DNA of 64,000 nt from Azolla caroliniana (Eukaryota; Plantae; Polypodiophyta): assembly GCA_043228905.1 (NCBI GenBank), contig JBHGNT010000001.1, positions 4,526,001 through 4,590,000 of the forward strand, given 5' to 3'. Made by a program: the position numbers and the translations under genes. A model generated the notes under the pieces. It was not told where the DNA came from. It did not search any database and was given only the letters and a program-made list of their open reading frames with translations. Shown here in pieces: positions 12,601 through 24,478 of the stretch. Each line of letters starts with the position of its first letter. Positions within the stretch are counted from its first letter, which is position 1.

Positions 12601-13459
12601 AGGACAATCCTTGACCACATGGCCAATACAATTGCAAGTAAACATTGATTAAGAAGTCTAGAATATTTAACTTTTTGGACCCTCGGTGGGGCCTGAAACA
12701 TAGCGGGCAACCTAACATATGTAGGTAATGTCATGCCTTTATGGCCAATTAATCGTATATATGGTATGTTGAAATTCCCAACCACATAACGCACTACATC
12801 AGATTCTTCATCCATTAATTGAGCAATCGATTAGGCCATATATGGCATCAATCGTCTCCATTCTTTTGGTAAAGCCGGAAACATGACAAAAAAGATGAAG
12901 TAATTAGATAAATGTTCACTAACCGCATTCAGGTCAAACTTAGGCTCCCATTGCAAGAAATGCATCAGAATTCCATTAATCCTTGTAGATCCCATCCAGA
13001 GCAGCTTCATCACCATCTCTGCAGCCGGAAACTCGACATGATAGCATCCTTTCCCTAGGAATTGAATATCCACAATCCGAGGGAGATCTACTTGGAATCG
13101 TGCTTGCAACAAGTGACAAAACTCCCCATGACTAGGACGACCACCAATTACATGTACCACCACCGACAGTTGACGCAGTCGATCTATTTCTGCGTGCACC
13201 TATTGTTGCACCTCTGTTGACGACCATATCTGCGATGGGATGAATAACGAAGGGGAGTTCACCGGAATCCCTTCTTGACGTTGTCGCCACCGTCGTCTGT
13301 GTTTTTTCTGAAACAAAGGATATTACCCTACTCTCACACTAATAATATTTTAATAATAGATGTAAAAATATTTGTTTTTTTTAAATAATAAATAATAAAA
13401 CGAATAGTTCTATAATATTCTTGGTGTCATTTTGTATTCTCAAATATTATGAATATTAC

Positions 13460-13750
13460 TGATGGATGATACCACGAATATCACGCATGGATCAATCTAT
13501 GGTGGGATCTATGGGTAGTCGGGAAAAAACCATTATGTGAATTGGAATTGGGAAGGGAGATCTTACGACATAGGATATCTCATTGGCCAATAGTAGCTAC
13601 AACATGGTTGAGTTATAATGTTGATCCTACTCACATGACAACATTTTGGAAATGGCTATGGGCTATGCAAATTCCAAAGAAGATTATTCTATTTAGATGG
13701 TTCATTGTTCAATATGCGGTTCCTATTAGGGTGATGGATGTGCTATAAGG
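13460..13750 (+). mobile_element. Second LINE fragment (zf-RVT region), opposite orientation
   Basis: FWKWLWAMQIPKKIILFRWFIVQYAVPI is homologous to WLWAMQIPKKVVLFRWLLIHYGILV at 9002-9247 (-). Confidence 0.8.
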
Positions 13751-14441
13751 ATATGGATAAGTCTTCTATCTTGCTTATTAAATAAACAGTCTTCTATCAT
13801 CTCCAAATGAGCATTTTTTAGCATCATAGTACCTTACTCTACAGGCACCACCTTCGAAAAATGCTCAGCATAAAATCAGCGATATAATCATTACAATCAC
13901 AAGTAAAAATAGGTTTGTTTCCTCTTGTTTCAAGCAAGACAGTTTATCTAATAAACACAATAAAGAATGGAAAGGAGAACCAAAAGGTGTCTGAAACTTG
14001 TGCTACATACATTTTTAAATTAAAAATATTTGCAGTCCATCAAAAACAGGTTTCCTATGTCGACGGCCTAATACTCAGGAGCCTAGATTTTATTTTTGTC
14101 ATTCTAGCAAAAATCCTAAGAACCCTAAAAACTTCATAATTCAATGTATCATCATTCGTTAGTCACTTTAAAATACGAATGCTTTTTTACAACAAATGCA
14201 AGCTCATATCAATGTCAATCAAAATTTCATGGAGGAAAAACCTAAAAGCCGCAGAAACTTGCTTACTCAATGTAAGATACAAGAGCTGATGCATCAGCCA
14301 ATTTCTTCGAGGAAATTGTTATTTAAAACCATTGCTACAAAAACATGTAAAAATACGAATGCTTTTTACAATTCGATAATACTGAGGCAGTGGCAGCCAA
14401 AGTTTCTTTCGGGGAAAGCCTAAAAACCCTTGGAAACATCT

Positions 14442-17400
14442 TCACTCAATGTAAGATATAATAACCGTTGCATCATCCAATTTCCCACCTGACTGATCTA
14501 TATAACCAACTGCTCGAGCTCCATCAGTGAAAGGGGTCCTTCCCTCAGATTTAAGCCCTACTTGATGAGCCAGTTTGACAAGCTGTGTTGCCAATATCTG
14601 TATATAATGCATTTCGAAACAATATAAAAGGAAATTTGTTAGTAAATGAGTCATGATTGAACCTGAAAGCTTACAAGAAAAAAAAAACTTACACTAGGTT
14701 CACTTCCTTTCTTCTGTCCAGAAACAACAAGATCCACAATTTCCCTTTCATACAGATTATCATAAACCCCATCTGTGGCCAATACTAACACATCTCCAGA
14801 TGCAACTGGAACTTCATATGTCTGCATTCATAAAAGATATCTGAGTTTGGTGACAAAACTTTAGTGCATGCATTCAGGAAAATAAAGAAAAAGCCAGGGA
14901 TATTTCAGACTTTCTCCAAATTAATTACATAACAAAAAAATTGGCCTAATTCTGAAGTTCAGAACTACAAAAACTCCTATGGTTGCAGAATGATACCAGA
15001 TCACCTGAAAGTAAAACCTTATAAAGAAATTAGCAGCTAGAAAACGTGAAATCAAAAAAACTATAACAAATCTAGAACTGAGAAGAGATGCAACTACTCT
15101 CCTGGTACAATTTCCACTTCTCTCTTGAGATGCACTTATTTTCTTTTGAACTGACTCAGTTGCACGAATACTCACCTCCGCAATTGAAGGATTGTCACTG
15201 TCTGTGCCTATCTGGTAAGGAAAATTGAATTCTCTCTGCATTGGGGTGGACTTAGCCACAACATCACCATTACGCACAAGAGTAAAGCCAGAATCCCCTA
15301 TATTTGCAACATAAAGAGTCTGCAGAAATAAATTCAATGCAGATCGTTGAATCCAATGCAGAAATAAATTCAATGCATCATTAGAAGACTTCAAAAGACA
15401 GCATGTACAGCTGTGCATGAAAACATAAAACAGTTCCGAGCAATAATAAAATAAATATATATTAATCACATAATGCATTATACACGCTAGTATCAAATTT
15501 CTTTTCTTGCTTTCTCTGTCTCTTGTAATTAACAATTAATAAGTTTCAAAATCATTCACTACTTATTTCTGAAATCCAGCATTTAATTAGTTTCTGTAAC
15601 TGTCAAATCACTGAAAGTTTTTTACAAGTTCAAGTTCATAACTCGTTTATGGATATAATGTTTCTTTGGAGGCCATTTTTACCTTAAACAAGGCCCTAAT
15701 ACGATAGAGATTAGAGTTGTTTTACCACCACTAAATATTATAATTATTCACAATGCATGAAAATAATAACCTGGTTATGTAAGGCAGCAAGTACAGCTGT
15801 GCATGAGCCTATAACTTTTGTTTCTGCAACACTCTTGATGATTATAGACTTCGGATTCGGAACTCCCTTCTGAAGCCTTGCAAAATGTCCACAGTTTGCC
15901 ATCAGTTCTCGTGAGTACCGGCCAGAATCAACACCTGGATATCATTTATTTCTCAGAGTTATAAGGATAGCATGTATTCCAAGTATGAAACTATATGTGA
16001 ATGTACACATTAAATCAACCAACATATTAAGATTTGTTTCATTATTCTAGCATGGTATCCCTTCTACCACTTCAACAAAATCGATAGACGACACTAATTG
16101 CACATCTGATTATGATATTCACTAGTTACAAGATTTCCTGTTCACATGATTATTCATCGCAGTTCGCACTTAACTAGGCATTCTTCCTTCCAGCCCTAGC
16201 AATGTACACTAAATTAAACATGAAATCCTAAAAAGTAGTACAATTAAACAAACCAAAGCAATACTCATCTTCTCTTAATATATAATTTGTTTATAATTCT
16301 TCGTTATGAACATTCAGCCCATTATGGAGAAAATGGAGAACTAAAAACTACATTAGTACATCTACAATCAATGAGCAAACAAAGGAATTACGAAAATAAA
16401 TTGCAATCGGTGTGAAAATAAACCAATGCCAAACTGACCTACTTCAGCCCAGCCTCCGACACCATCTGCTACTCCTGCCCACATTCCTTCAATTACGTAT
16501 GCATCCTCGCCACCAGTGGCTGCCTAAATATCCACCAAGTTTGATCAAATATTGGACATGAGACAGGTACTTGCTTTTCTATGAGACTAGTACGTATCGA
16601 AGTCGTATACATAGCTTTCTCTTTATTTACCTAAATGTCCTTTGTTAGCCCCCAAAAGGGTTCATGCTCTTTTTCGCGATTCAGGGGGTTCACCAACGGT
16701 GTTTGGATGAACCATAACTTAGGGTCATTTAGGGAAAAAAATGAAAAAATGAGGTAACCCTTATAATATACTATGTAACTCCAATTCTGGACCAGAAATC
16801 GAATTGATTCCATGGACAAAAAACCATATACCTTTTTCGGATGCGGCAGCATTGCTGCACCAGAATGTAGCTTTAACGTTCCATCTGGTTTCTCAACAGA
16901 ACTGTCTTTTTCGATGTGAAATTTATGCCAAAAAAGTAAATTTTATACTTAGAATTCTCTCGCAAGTTGGCTGGCAAAGAAACTTGTAAGAAAACCATAC
17001 TCTATTCCAAAAAACTGAGGTTTCCCTCCAGAACACAAACAATAAATACAACATAAAACAAATTCCTCATTAGCAACTGATGGAAATTGCTTTCCTTTAT
17101 TGAGAGTGCAACGAAAAACTGGATCCTGTCCTAAGCCAATCTTTGAGCTAAAACATAGATAGCTTCATCTTGTGTGTGTGTGTATATATGTATCAATTTC
17201 AGCAGATGATTGCATGTAAGATGGGTAGTTTCAAATGATTCTGAATCAGTATTGATACAAGAAAACTGAGAAAGAAGGTGTTGGAAAAACTGCAACTTTT
17301 TAGAAAAACTTTGAAATGCATGTGACCTTCCATTCTTTTAAAAATTTCCATACAGTCTGGAACGGCGAGGATAAGACTAAAGGAGCACCATACCTTTAAC

Positions 17401-17679
17401 TTTGGGAGAAATAGAAGAATCATTATCCTTTTTTCGAGAAGAAGAAGAAGAAATACTGCATTTCACAGAAAATCCGAATAGATATCGCGAATGGAGAGGT
17501 GTGGAAGAAGATAGGTTGGAATCCCTGATGATAAGCGCGGTGTTTGGATAGTTGACACGGCCTGGAAGAAGGAAGCGCCTGTGCGTGTATCTGCTGAAGG
17601 AGGAGGAGGAGGAGGAAGAAGAAGAGGAGGCGCTGTGAAAGCTCAGAAACCCTAGAGCACGCGTGCAGGCCATGAACAT
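14442..17679 (-). CDS. PTC7-type protein phosphatase 2C (clade K) with a probable organellar transit peptide
   Basis: Seven exons: 17679-17394, 16905-16832, 16523-16439, 15934-15771, 15319-15176, 14821-14693 and 14597-14442. Motifs LPHPKK|AATGGEDA, GVADGVGGW, GSCTA, ANIGDSG, FNFPYQIG, ATDGVYDNL and GGKLDD are present. The exon 2 acceptor (AAG) is less certain. Confidence 0.92.
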
Positions 17680-17935
17680 TTAGAAGTTTAAAGCAGACAG
17701 AGAAGAAGATGAAGTGGTGAGGAAAAGCAGAGGAATTAATTGTATATGATATTATTTGTTCGTGTTAAACTCTATTAAAATTACGAATATGTCCCTCTGC
17801 AAGAAGAGTTCTTAGAGGAGATTTCTCACTCTTTTCTGGAATTACCCAAAATACCCTTCTTAAAGTTACCCCCCAAGGTACCCTTGGCTGCCTAGCTACA
17901 TATATATAATTGGCACTCCAACTTACCGTTGCATT

Positions 17936-18453
17936 TGTGATAAACCTAAAACATGGGGGTCATTAAACGAACCCAAAACACGGTGGGGAAAAGAAAGAAT
18001 AAGAAAAAGAGAGGTTTCATTAACATAACTTAAGCAATATTATTAACAAAGTAGCTTATTACAAGCTCATTAGAGCTAACTAGGATTAAGGAGTGAGAGA
18101 GGGAGAAGTGTCTAAAACTTAAGAACAAGGGAATGACTCAAAATGAAGAGGAAGTCCTCCATATATATGCCAAGGGTGGTTGTTGGGCTCCCTTCACGTT
18201 TGGCCAAGAGATGATGATTGAGCTCCCTTATGACTGGTCGTTGCTACTGGGACGTTGCCGCCTTTGTAGCAAGGTCTAGGACTGGGTATTTCCCAAGTCC
18301 CAACCCAAGAGTGGAACCCCTTCTTTGGGATTGGGATTGGTATTGGGTCTTAGCACTGCAATTGGGAGCAACCCAACTCAAAATCCTCTTGCCAACTTGG
18401 ATCATGACTCCTTGTCCCAACTCGTTTTGGGGCTTCTTGAGTCCGTCGTGACT
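17936..18453 (-). mobile_element. Probable solo LTR (~518 bp)
   Basis: Plus-strand ends are TGTGATAAACC...CGTCGTGACT, one change from TG..CA. It is flanked on both sides by CATT (17932-17935 and 18454-18457) and has an internal TATATAT at ~18160. Confidence 0.5.
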
Positions 18454-19942
18454 CATTTCGGGATTGCGTACTCTTTAAGGGCACCACAATATTGTTTCTA
18501 GTAGATTCTCAGCCTCCAAGTCGCTATAACTTGCCCACTTCTACACACAGAGAGCAAAGTGGCTAGCTACCTAACCGTAGAGACTAAGCGCACGCAACTC
18601 GGTTTGTACTTAAACTTGCCTTTGATGCTTCAGGTAGTTTTGCTTTTCTTCTTGAATCCATTGGTTGCTCATCACATGATGCTTCTATTGAGACTAACTA
18701 CTTCATTTGGCTTCAACGTTCTCAAATGTGCAATTGAATCTTATTTATATTTAACTAGTGAGGCCAACCACTTCATTGGCTTTTGAATGATTAATTAGTA
18801 ACTATATTGAAAAGAAGACAAATTTCCATGTACCCTAAAGAAAGTGGGAGAAAACATACCTTGTATTAAATATATATGGATCCCACAATCATGAGTTAAA
18901 TTTTGCACTAGACGTGAGCACAACACAAAAATACATCATATACAATGGTAGCCAATACACTACATTAAATGCGTCGCTTGGGTTTAAATGATAAACACAG
19001 AAAGGGTTGCTATCCATCTTGATGAAACATGGTTATCAAATTTAGTTCTACAAATTTTCCCCATCATAATACTTCAAATGAATGACAGACACGAATGAGG
19101 CTTTATTATGATGGTACAACAACAAACTTGACGTTGTATTTGTCATAATAAGTACAATATTCAGAGTCCTCACTAAATACATGGATGGCTTTATAATATT
19201 CACTTTGGATGGCAAAGGACAAGTTAGTTTTTTTGGGTGGGGGTTGAAAGCGATGTGAGTGGCAATGCTAGCCCTCGAAAAATAATCATCACATGTCATT
19301 AAAAACCAAACGAGTGTTGGCCTAGCGCCAAATGGCGAGACAAGACAAAGCTAAGGGGAGTTCAATATGAAGCATGGATCAAAGCTTACTAGAGGCGGGT
19401 ATGGTACGACGAGTTAGGGGGGGGGGGGGGAGAAGCACAATACTAAGAGATGCAGCACGGAAGAAAGAGTATGTGTGCATGTGTGGAGTGGACACGGAGG
19501 CGAGATAGGTAGAGTATGAGTGAAGCCTTAGTTAGCGGGAATGGATCGAATGGCCGGACATGAGATTGGGCGGGCAAAAGTGAGGAGGAGGACAAAACTA
19601 TGTATGACCAACAATCAACAACCAAAATTCGTGGATGTATAGAATGATACAACCAACAAATATCAAAGAGAGGAAGACCTTAATTAAGTCGACCACCACC
19701 AAATCTCCTCCTATTTGGCCTTTTTTTCTCTTAGTTTGGGGGCCCCTTCTTCTATTATAAGTTATAACTAAAATCATAACAAAAAGCAATAGTTTCCCAT
19801 ATTTATATTTCTAGCCCCCCCTGCCCCCAAAACATGTCCTACCACGAATCGTAGGGTTTTTGTGTGTCCTCCATCCCCCTGCAATTCTTCTTCTTCTTCT
19901 GCTTCTTCTTCATCTTCTTTCTTCTTCATCTTCTCAGGATCC

Positions 19943-21166
19943 ATGGCTATGGCGCTCCATCATCATCAGTTTCGTTTCTCTTCTCCTTCTTCCCCTGCTC
20001 TGTACCTTTCGCATCCTTCTTGCCACAGAGATGGATCTCATCTTCCTTCTCTCTGCCTCCCGAGCTTCTCATCCAGCAACACCTCGTCATCACCATCCTC
20101 CTCCTCAGCTGCTCGTCTCGGCTCATCCTTTCCGCTGCGTGTATCGTCTTCTTCTTCTTCTTCTCCGACAGCCAGAGAAGACCTCATAAACACGCCACCA
20201 CTGAGTGAGAACGGAGGTAACGGAGGCTTCGGAGATGGGAACGGAAACAGGGACGGACGCGGAGGAGGGAACGGGGATGGAAATGGAGACGAAGAAGGAA
20301 ATGGAGGTGGCACATCTGTCGGGAAAGCTGGCCTTTTTAGCGCGTTTCTGAGAGGCTGGAACGACAGGTTGAGTGCAGATCCACAGTTCCCTTTTAAAGT
20401 CCTCATGGAAGAGGTCGTCGGTGTGGGAGCTTGTGTGATCGGAGACATGGCTTCTCGGCCAAACTTTGGCCTCAACGAGCTTGACTTCGTCTTCTCTACA
20501 ATCGTGGTCGGCTCTATACTCAACTTCTCCCTTATGTATATGTTAGCGCCCACATCGTTATCACCTCTGGCTTCATCGAGATTGCCTTTCATCTTTGCGA
20601 ATTGCCCCCCTGGCTACATGTTCGAGCAAGGATCCTATACCTTAGCTCAACGGTTAGGTACATTTGTGTACAAAGGAGTAGTTTTTGCCAGTGTAGGGTT
20701 TTTCGCTGGATTGCTGGGAACAAATTTATCGAATCTATTGATTGGAATGAGGAAGAAAATGGATCCCTCTTTCAAGGCTCAGAATAAGTCGCCCCCTACA
20801 ATTCTTAATGCAGCCACTTGGGCCATCCATATGGGATTCAGTAGTAATTTAAGGTATCAAGCTATCAATGGAATGGAGTTCGGAATGGCCAAGATGTTGT
20901 CTCCTAACGTATTTAAACTCTCTGTTTTCTTCACTCGAGCAATCAATAATGTACTAGGAGGTATGTCTTTTGTTGCATTGGCTAGATTAACAGGATCTCA
21001 GATATCTGAGAAAAAAATTCCGGATGATAAAGCATCAGCCATTTCTTCTATTGAATTGCAAGCCTTGCCTGTAATTTCATCCGACAAGTATTCATCTGGG
21101 CAACAAAATCAAGAAGAAGATAAGGCTAGAGATGCGGTGGCATCAGAAGATTCAAAGCAAGACTAG
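19943..21166 (+). CDS. RETICULATA-RELATED protein (DUF3411, RER2/RER3-like), chloroplast; intronless CDS
   Basis: ATG at 19943, Ser-rich transit peptide and Gly-rich linker, then ADPQFPFKVLMEEVVGVGACVIGDMASRPNFGLNELDFVFST...HMGFSSNLRYQ...NNVLGGMSFV. Confidence 0.93.
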   Translation: MAMALHHHQFRFSSPSSPALYLSHPSCHRDGSHLPSLCLPSFSSSNTSSSPSSSSAARLGSSFPLRVSSSSSSSPTAREDLINTPPLSENGGNGGFGDGNGNRDGRGGGNGDGNGDEEGNGGGTSVGKAGLFSAFLRGWNDRLSADPQFPFKVLMEEVVGVGACVIGDMASRPNFGLNELDFVFSTIVVGSILNFSLMYMLAPTSLSPLASSRLPFIFANCPPGYMFEQGSYTLAQRLGTFVYKGVVFASVGFFAGLLGTNLSNLLIGMRKKMDPSFKAQNKSPPTILNAATWAIHMGFSSNLRYQAINGMEFGMAKMLSPNVFKLSVFFTRAINNVLGGMSFVALARLTGSQISEKKIPDDKASAISSIELQALPVISSDKYSSGQQNQEEDKARDAVASEDSKQD

Positions 21167-21960
21167 ATATCATGCAGGATAAATGTAGTCGTAAACAAAA
21201 AATTAAATAAAGGTAATATTGCGCTAGAAAATGGCTTTTAAAAATCCACTTGTTCTGTTTTTCGTATATACACATATAATTTGAGTTTGTTGACTGGAGC
21301 TAATGTTTTCGTGCATCTCAGTGCGAAGAAATGAAAACAGTTTTTTTATTAGTTACTACTAAAAGGATCACAAGAAAGAAATGTAGCAAATTCTGGGAAG
21401 CTAGAGAAATATTACACTTACAGAGTGGATAAGAAAGATGGTTATATCTTTGTTAACTGTAATGCCACTTTCTTCAAGGGCCCAATTGTAGTTGTACCTA
21501 CTTCTTGAATTCATACTTCAAATTCGTGTATATTGAGAGTTTCATTAGTAATAGGAGTTATGTTGCTCCTGGAGTTATATTCTTTCTTGTTTGAGGATTT
21601 CTTTGTGCTCATATTTCAGTAAGTGAGCATGCAGATTTGGGATTTTGATTGTCAGTGTAAGTTATAATGTTTTAACTCTGTATAACTTTTATAGGGTAAC
21701 AAAATTCTTGGTGAGGTGTGAGGCTGTGAGAACTAATGTCTGTTCTCTCTGTATGCGATCGCGTGCATGCACACACACACACACGCACATACACACACAC
21801 AATCTGCAGACCTGCATAAACCCTAAACCCCTACACCACACCCTATTTGTTCCATTGCCGTCCTTGTGATCCAACACCAGCCATGTATGGAAGTTTTGGT
21901 GTTTTTATTAACATTCACCAAAACTGAATACATGGTTTCACTTTTGAAGCCTGAATAGCC

Positions 21961-22627
21961 GCAAGGTAATGAAAGCTTCGGTGCAGCTTGCTCAAAGCAC
22001 ATCACTATGCCAATTGTTATCAAGGTAGTATATTCTGCCTCCAAAATTTGAGAGAAGTTTAAGGAAATTTGAACAATTAGACCCCTGTTTGTTGGAGAGC
22101 TGGATTTCTTTGTAGAATAATAACCATTGAAGTGGAATGAAGAAGCTCAAAGGATGAGAATGACGTGTGAAGGGTTGAAATGGCAAGGTAATGAAAGCTT
22201 CAGTGCAGCTTGCTCAAAGCACATCACTATGCCAATTGTTATCAAGGTAGTATATTCTGCCTCCAAAATTTGAGGGAAGTTTAAGGAAATTTGAACAATT
22301 AGACCCCTGTTTGTTGGAGAGCTGGCTTTCTTTGTAGAATAATAACCATTGAAGTGGAATGAAGAAGCTCAAAGGATGAGAATGACGTGTGAAGGGTTGA
22401 AATGGCAAGGTAATGAAAGCTTCAGTGCAGCTTGCTCAAAGCACATCACTATGCCAATTGTTATCAAGGTAGTATATTCTGCCTCCAAAATTTGAGGGAA
22501 GTTTAAGGAAATTTGAACAATTAGACCCCTGTTTGTTGGAGAGCTGGCTTTCTTTGTAGAATAATAACCATTGAAGTGGAATGAAGAAGCTCAAAGGATG
22601 AGAATGACGTGTGAAGGGTTGAAATGG
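21961..22627. repeat. Tandem triplication, 222 bp x 3, near-identical
   Basis: gcaaggtaatgaaagcttc starts at 21961, 22183 and 22405. Copy 1 differs at about 3 sites; copies 2 and 3 look identical. Confidence 0.95.
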
Positions 22628-23839
22628 AAGAACGAGAGTGAGCTTTGAAACAGTTGATTTATGAGCTTGTAAATATTTTGATGAGGAGTCGGGTGAGGAC
22701 AATTGCGTTAATGTTTGAAAGTAAATTGTAATTAAGCAAGGCCAAGGTGTTTAGTGGTTTGTGCCAATAGTGAAGTGCTGAACAACATCACTATTTAATC
22801 ATGTAAACTATATGAAAAGCTCTAGTGTGAGGACAATGGTACTAATGTTTGGTACAGTCATGGAAAGCCATGGGGTTTCATGGTAAGTACATTACCAAAG
22901 GGGTGAATGTGTATAGCCTACATGAGCTGTAAAGCAATAAACTAAAAAGGACATTAAAGAAAACCACATGTATACATGAGTTTCAATATTGTATGTTTGC
23001 TTGGTCATTGTGTGACTACTTTATTACTACCATTTGTAACCTATGGCAATTTTCAGGTTTGTTTAAGCGCATGCCTTGCAGGGCCAATGTGGCTCTACCA
23101 TTGCCATGTTTTGCAACTTTGAGGAACTAAATGGAACCCAGTACACCAACTTGTCATGCTCAAAGTAGAGGCTAAAGAAACGGTGCACAACTACATTTGA
23201 CATACTAAAAGCTTGACCACCTATGATTTGCATTATGGATCCATAAAAGATATCTCACTTTCAACCAAGACTACGCTTTCACTCAGTGAGCATGTGAGAA
23301 ATGGCAAGTCCTGAAATTCAAGTTATTGTATTTCCATCATTCTATCAAACATAGTTCACATACACAATGTTCTATTATTGCACCAAAAGTTTGACATTTA
23401 CCTCGACAAATGGCAAAGCTCTAGGTCAAGTTGGTGTGCTCCAAATTCCAATCATTCTAACAATGTGGCTCATACATAATGCTTAGTTATTGCACCATGT
23501 TTTTCAAGTTTACCTCGATGATGCAAATGTGATAGTACTCTTGATTAACTTTCAATGCCTCCAAGCCACACCAAGAGTCTCTCTTGTAGACAAAAATACC
23601 ATCCCACCCAAACCCACATCCACATCCACATCCACATCCATATGTAATCACCACTCCTGGATCATAAGACATGACAAGCAAAACTCATTCAGGACTTAGA
23701 ATTTTCTATACAAATCATAAAGGATCCATGAGCAACTTCGAAGAAAGTACCTCGATGATCGTTGATTTGGAAACTTTTGGGTTAGAGCTAAATTTGGAAC
23801 AAATGCTATTGGCATCAACAATTAAAGTTACTTTTGTGC

Positions 23840-24110
23840 TTTTTTTACATAAGATTAGTGAAATTGATTTACTCTAAAACTTCTGCTAATCCTCTTGTAT
23901 TAGATTCGTTAACCATTGATTAATTGAAGTGCAGGTATTCATTGTGTATTTTCTTGTCACAAAAGTTCTTTAAGTTCTTGATGAAGTCTTTAATTTAAGT
24001 TAGTGAGCTTCTTAGTCAAGTTAAGCTTAGTGAGAGAGTGAAATGAAGTTGACCTAAGTAATTATACAACCATTAGTAGCTTAGGAGTGTTTGACAACCA
24101 CTTATATCCA
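23840..24110 (+). repeat. Dispersed repeat, homologous to 6480-6790
   Basis: Same conserved blocks as 6480-6790. It is preceded by LHHVFQVYL (~23490), reminiscent of the Ty3/gypsy integrase C-terminal IHxVFHVS motif. Confidence 0.55.
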
Positions 24111-24360
24111 TGCCTTCTAGAGGGCAAACAACAATTTAGTTAGAATTACGGCCTCAATAAGGAGATAGAATTCCAACTAAGAGAATATGTGAGATCAGTG
24201 TAATGCACTTAGAGCACAAATACATTTTATCTTCAATTGGTCATGAAGATATTATCTATCTTTTCAATTGTTCATGAAGACATTTTTCTCATTAGAAAAA
24301 AAAACTCATTGAACATTCTACATAGTGTGAAATATTCTAGATTTGTTTTCTAAAAACGAG

Positions 24361-24478
24361 ATTGAAAACATGTTGGTAGTTTTTTAAATGCTATATGTAC
24401 CAATAATATGTATGTTACAATTGAAAACATGTTGGTAATTTTTTAAATGCTATATGTACCAATAATATGTATGTTACA
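24361..24478. repeat. 59 bp tandem duplication
   Basis: attgaaaacatgttggta.ttttttaaatgctatatgtaccaataatatgtatgttaca x 2. Confidence 0.9.

Larger units (their letters stand above)
8294..13310 (-). mobile_element. Decayed L1-type non-LTR retrotransposon (LINE)
   Basis: ORF1 has a DUF4283-like segment (LGKGCYHVEF...FLQWEPKF) and the zinc knuckle CFTCNCIGHVVKDCP. ORF2 has APE endonuclease motifs (FRIVSWNVQGLGG ~11860, INVYA, DFN, SDHSP), the RT C-terminal part (QFVDDTTL, IRYL, KVCWKVITTPKDEGGLG) and zf-RVT (LWAMQIPKKVVLFRW...CDSC...HVLWIC). There are many stops and frameshifts. Confidence 0.92.

Noticed and set aside
15321-15420. Duplicated tgcagaaataaattcaatgca at a PP2C acceptor, and a 19/20 intronic match to exon 4
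   Set aside because: The duplicate lacks the AG so it is not an alternative acceptor. The exon-like match is too short to interpret.
21992-22702. Three near-identical 64-88 aa ORFs suggesting a peptide gene cluster or CRISPR-like array
   Set aside because: They arise simply from the 222 bp repeat, have non-ATG starts and no spacers.
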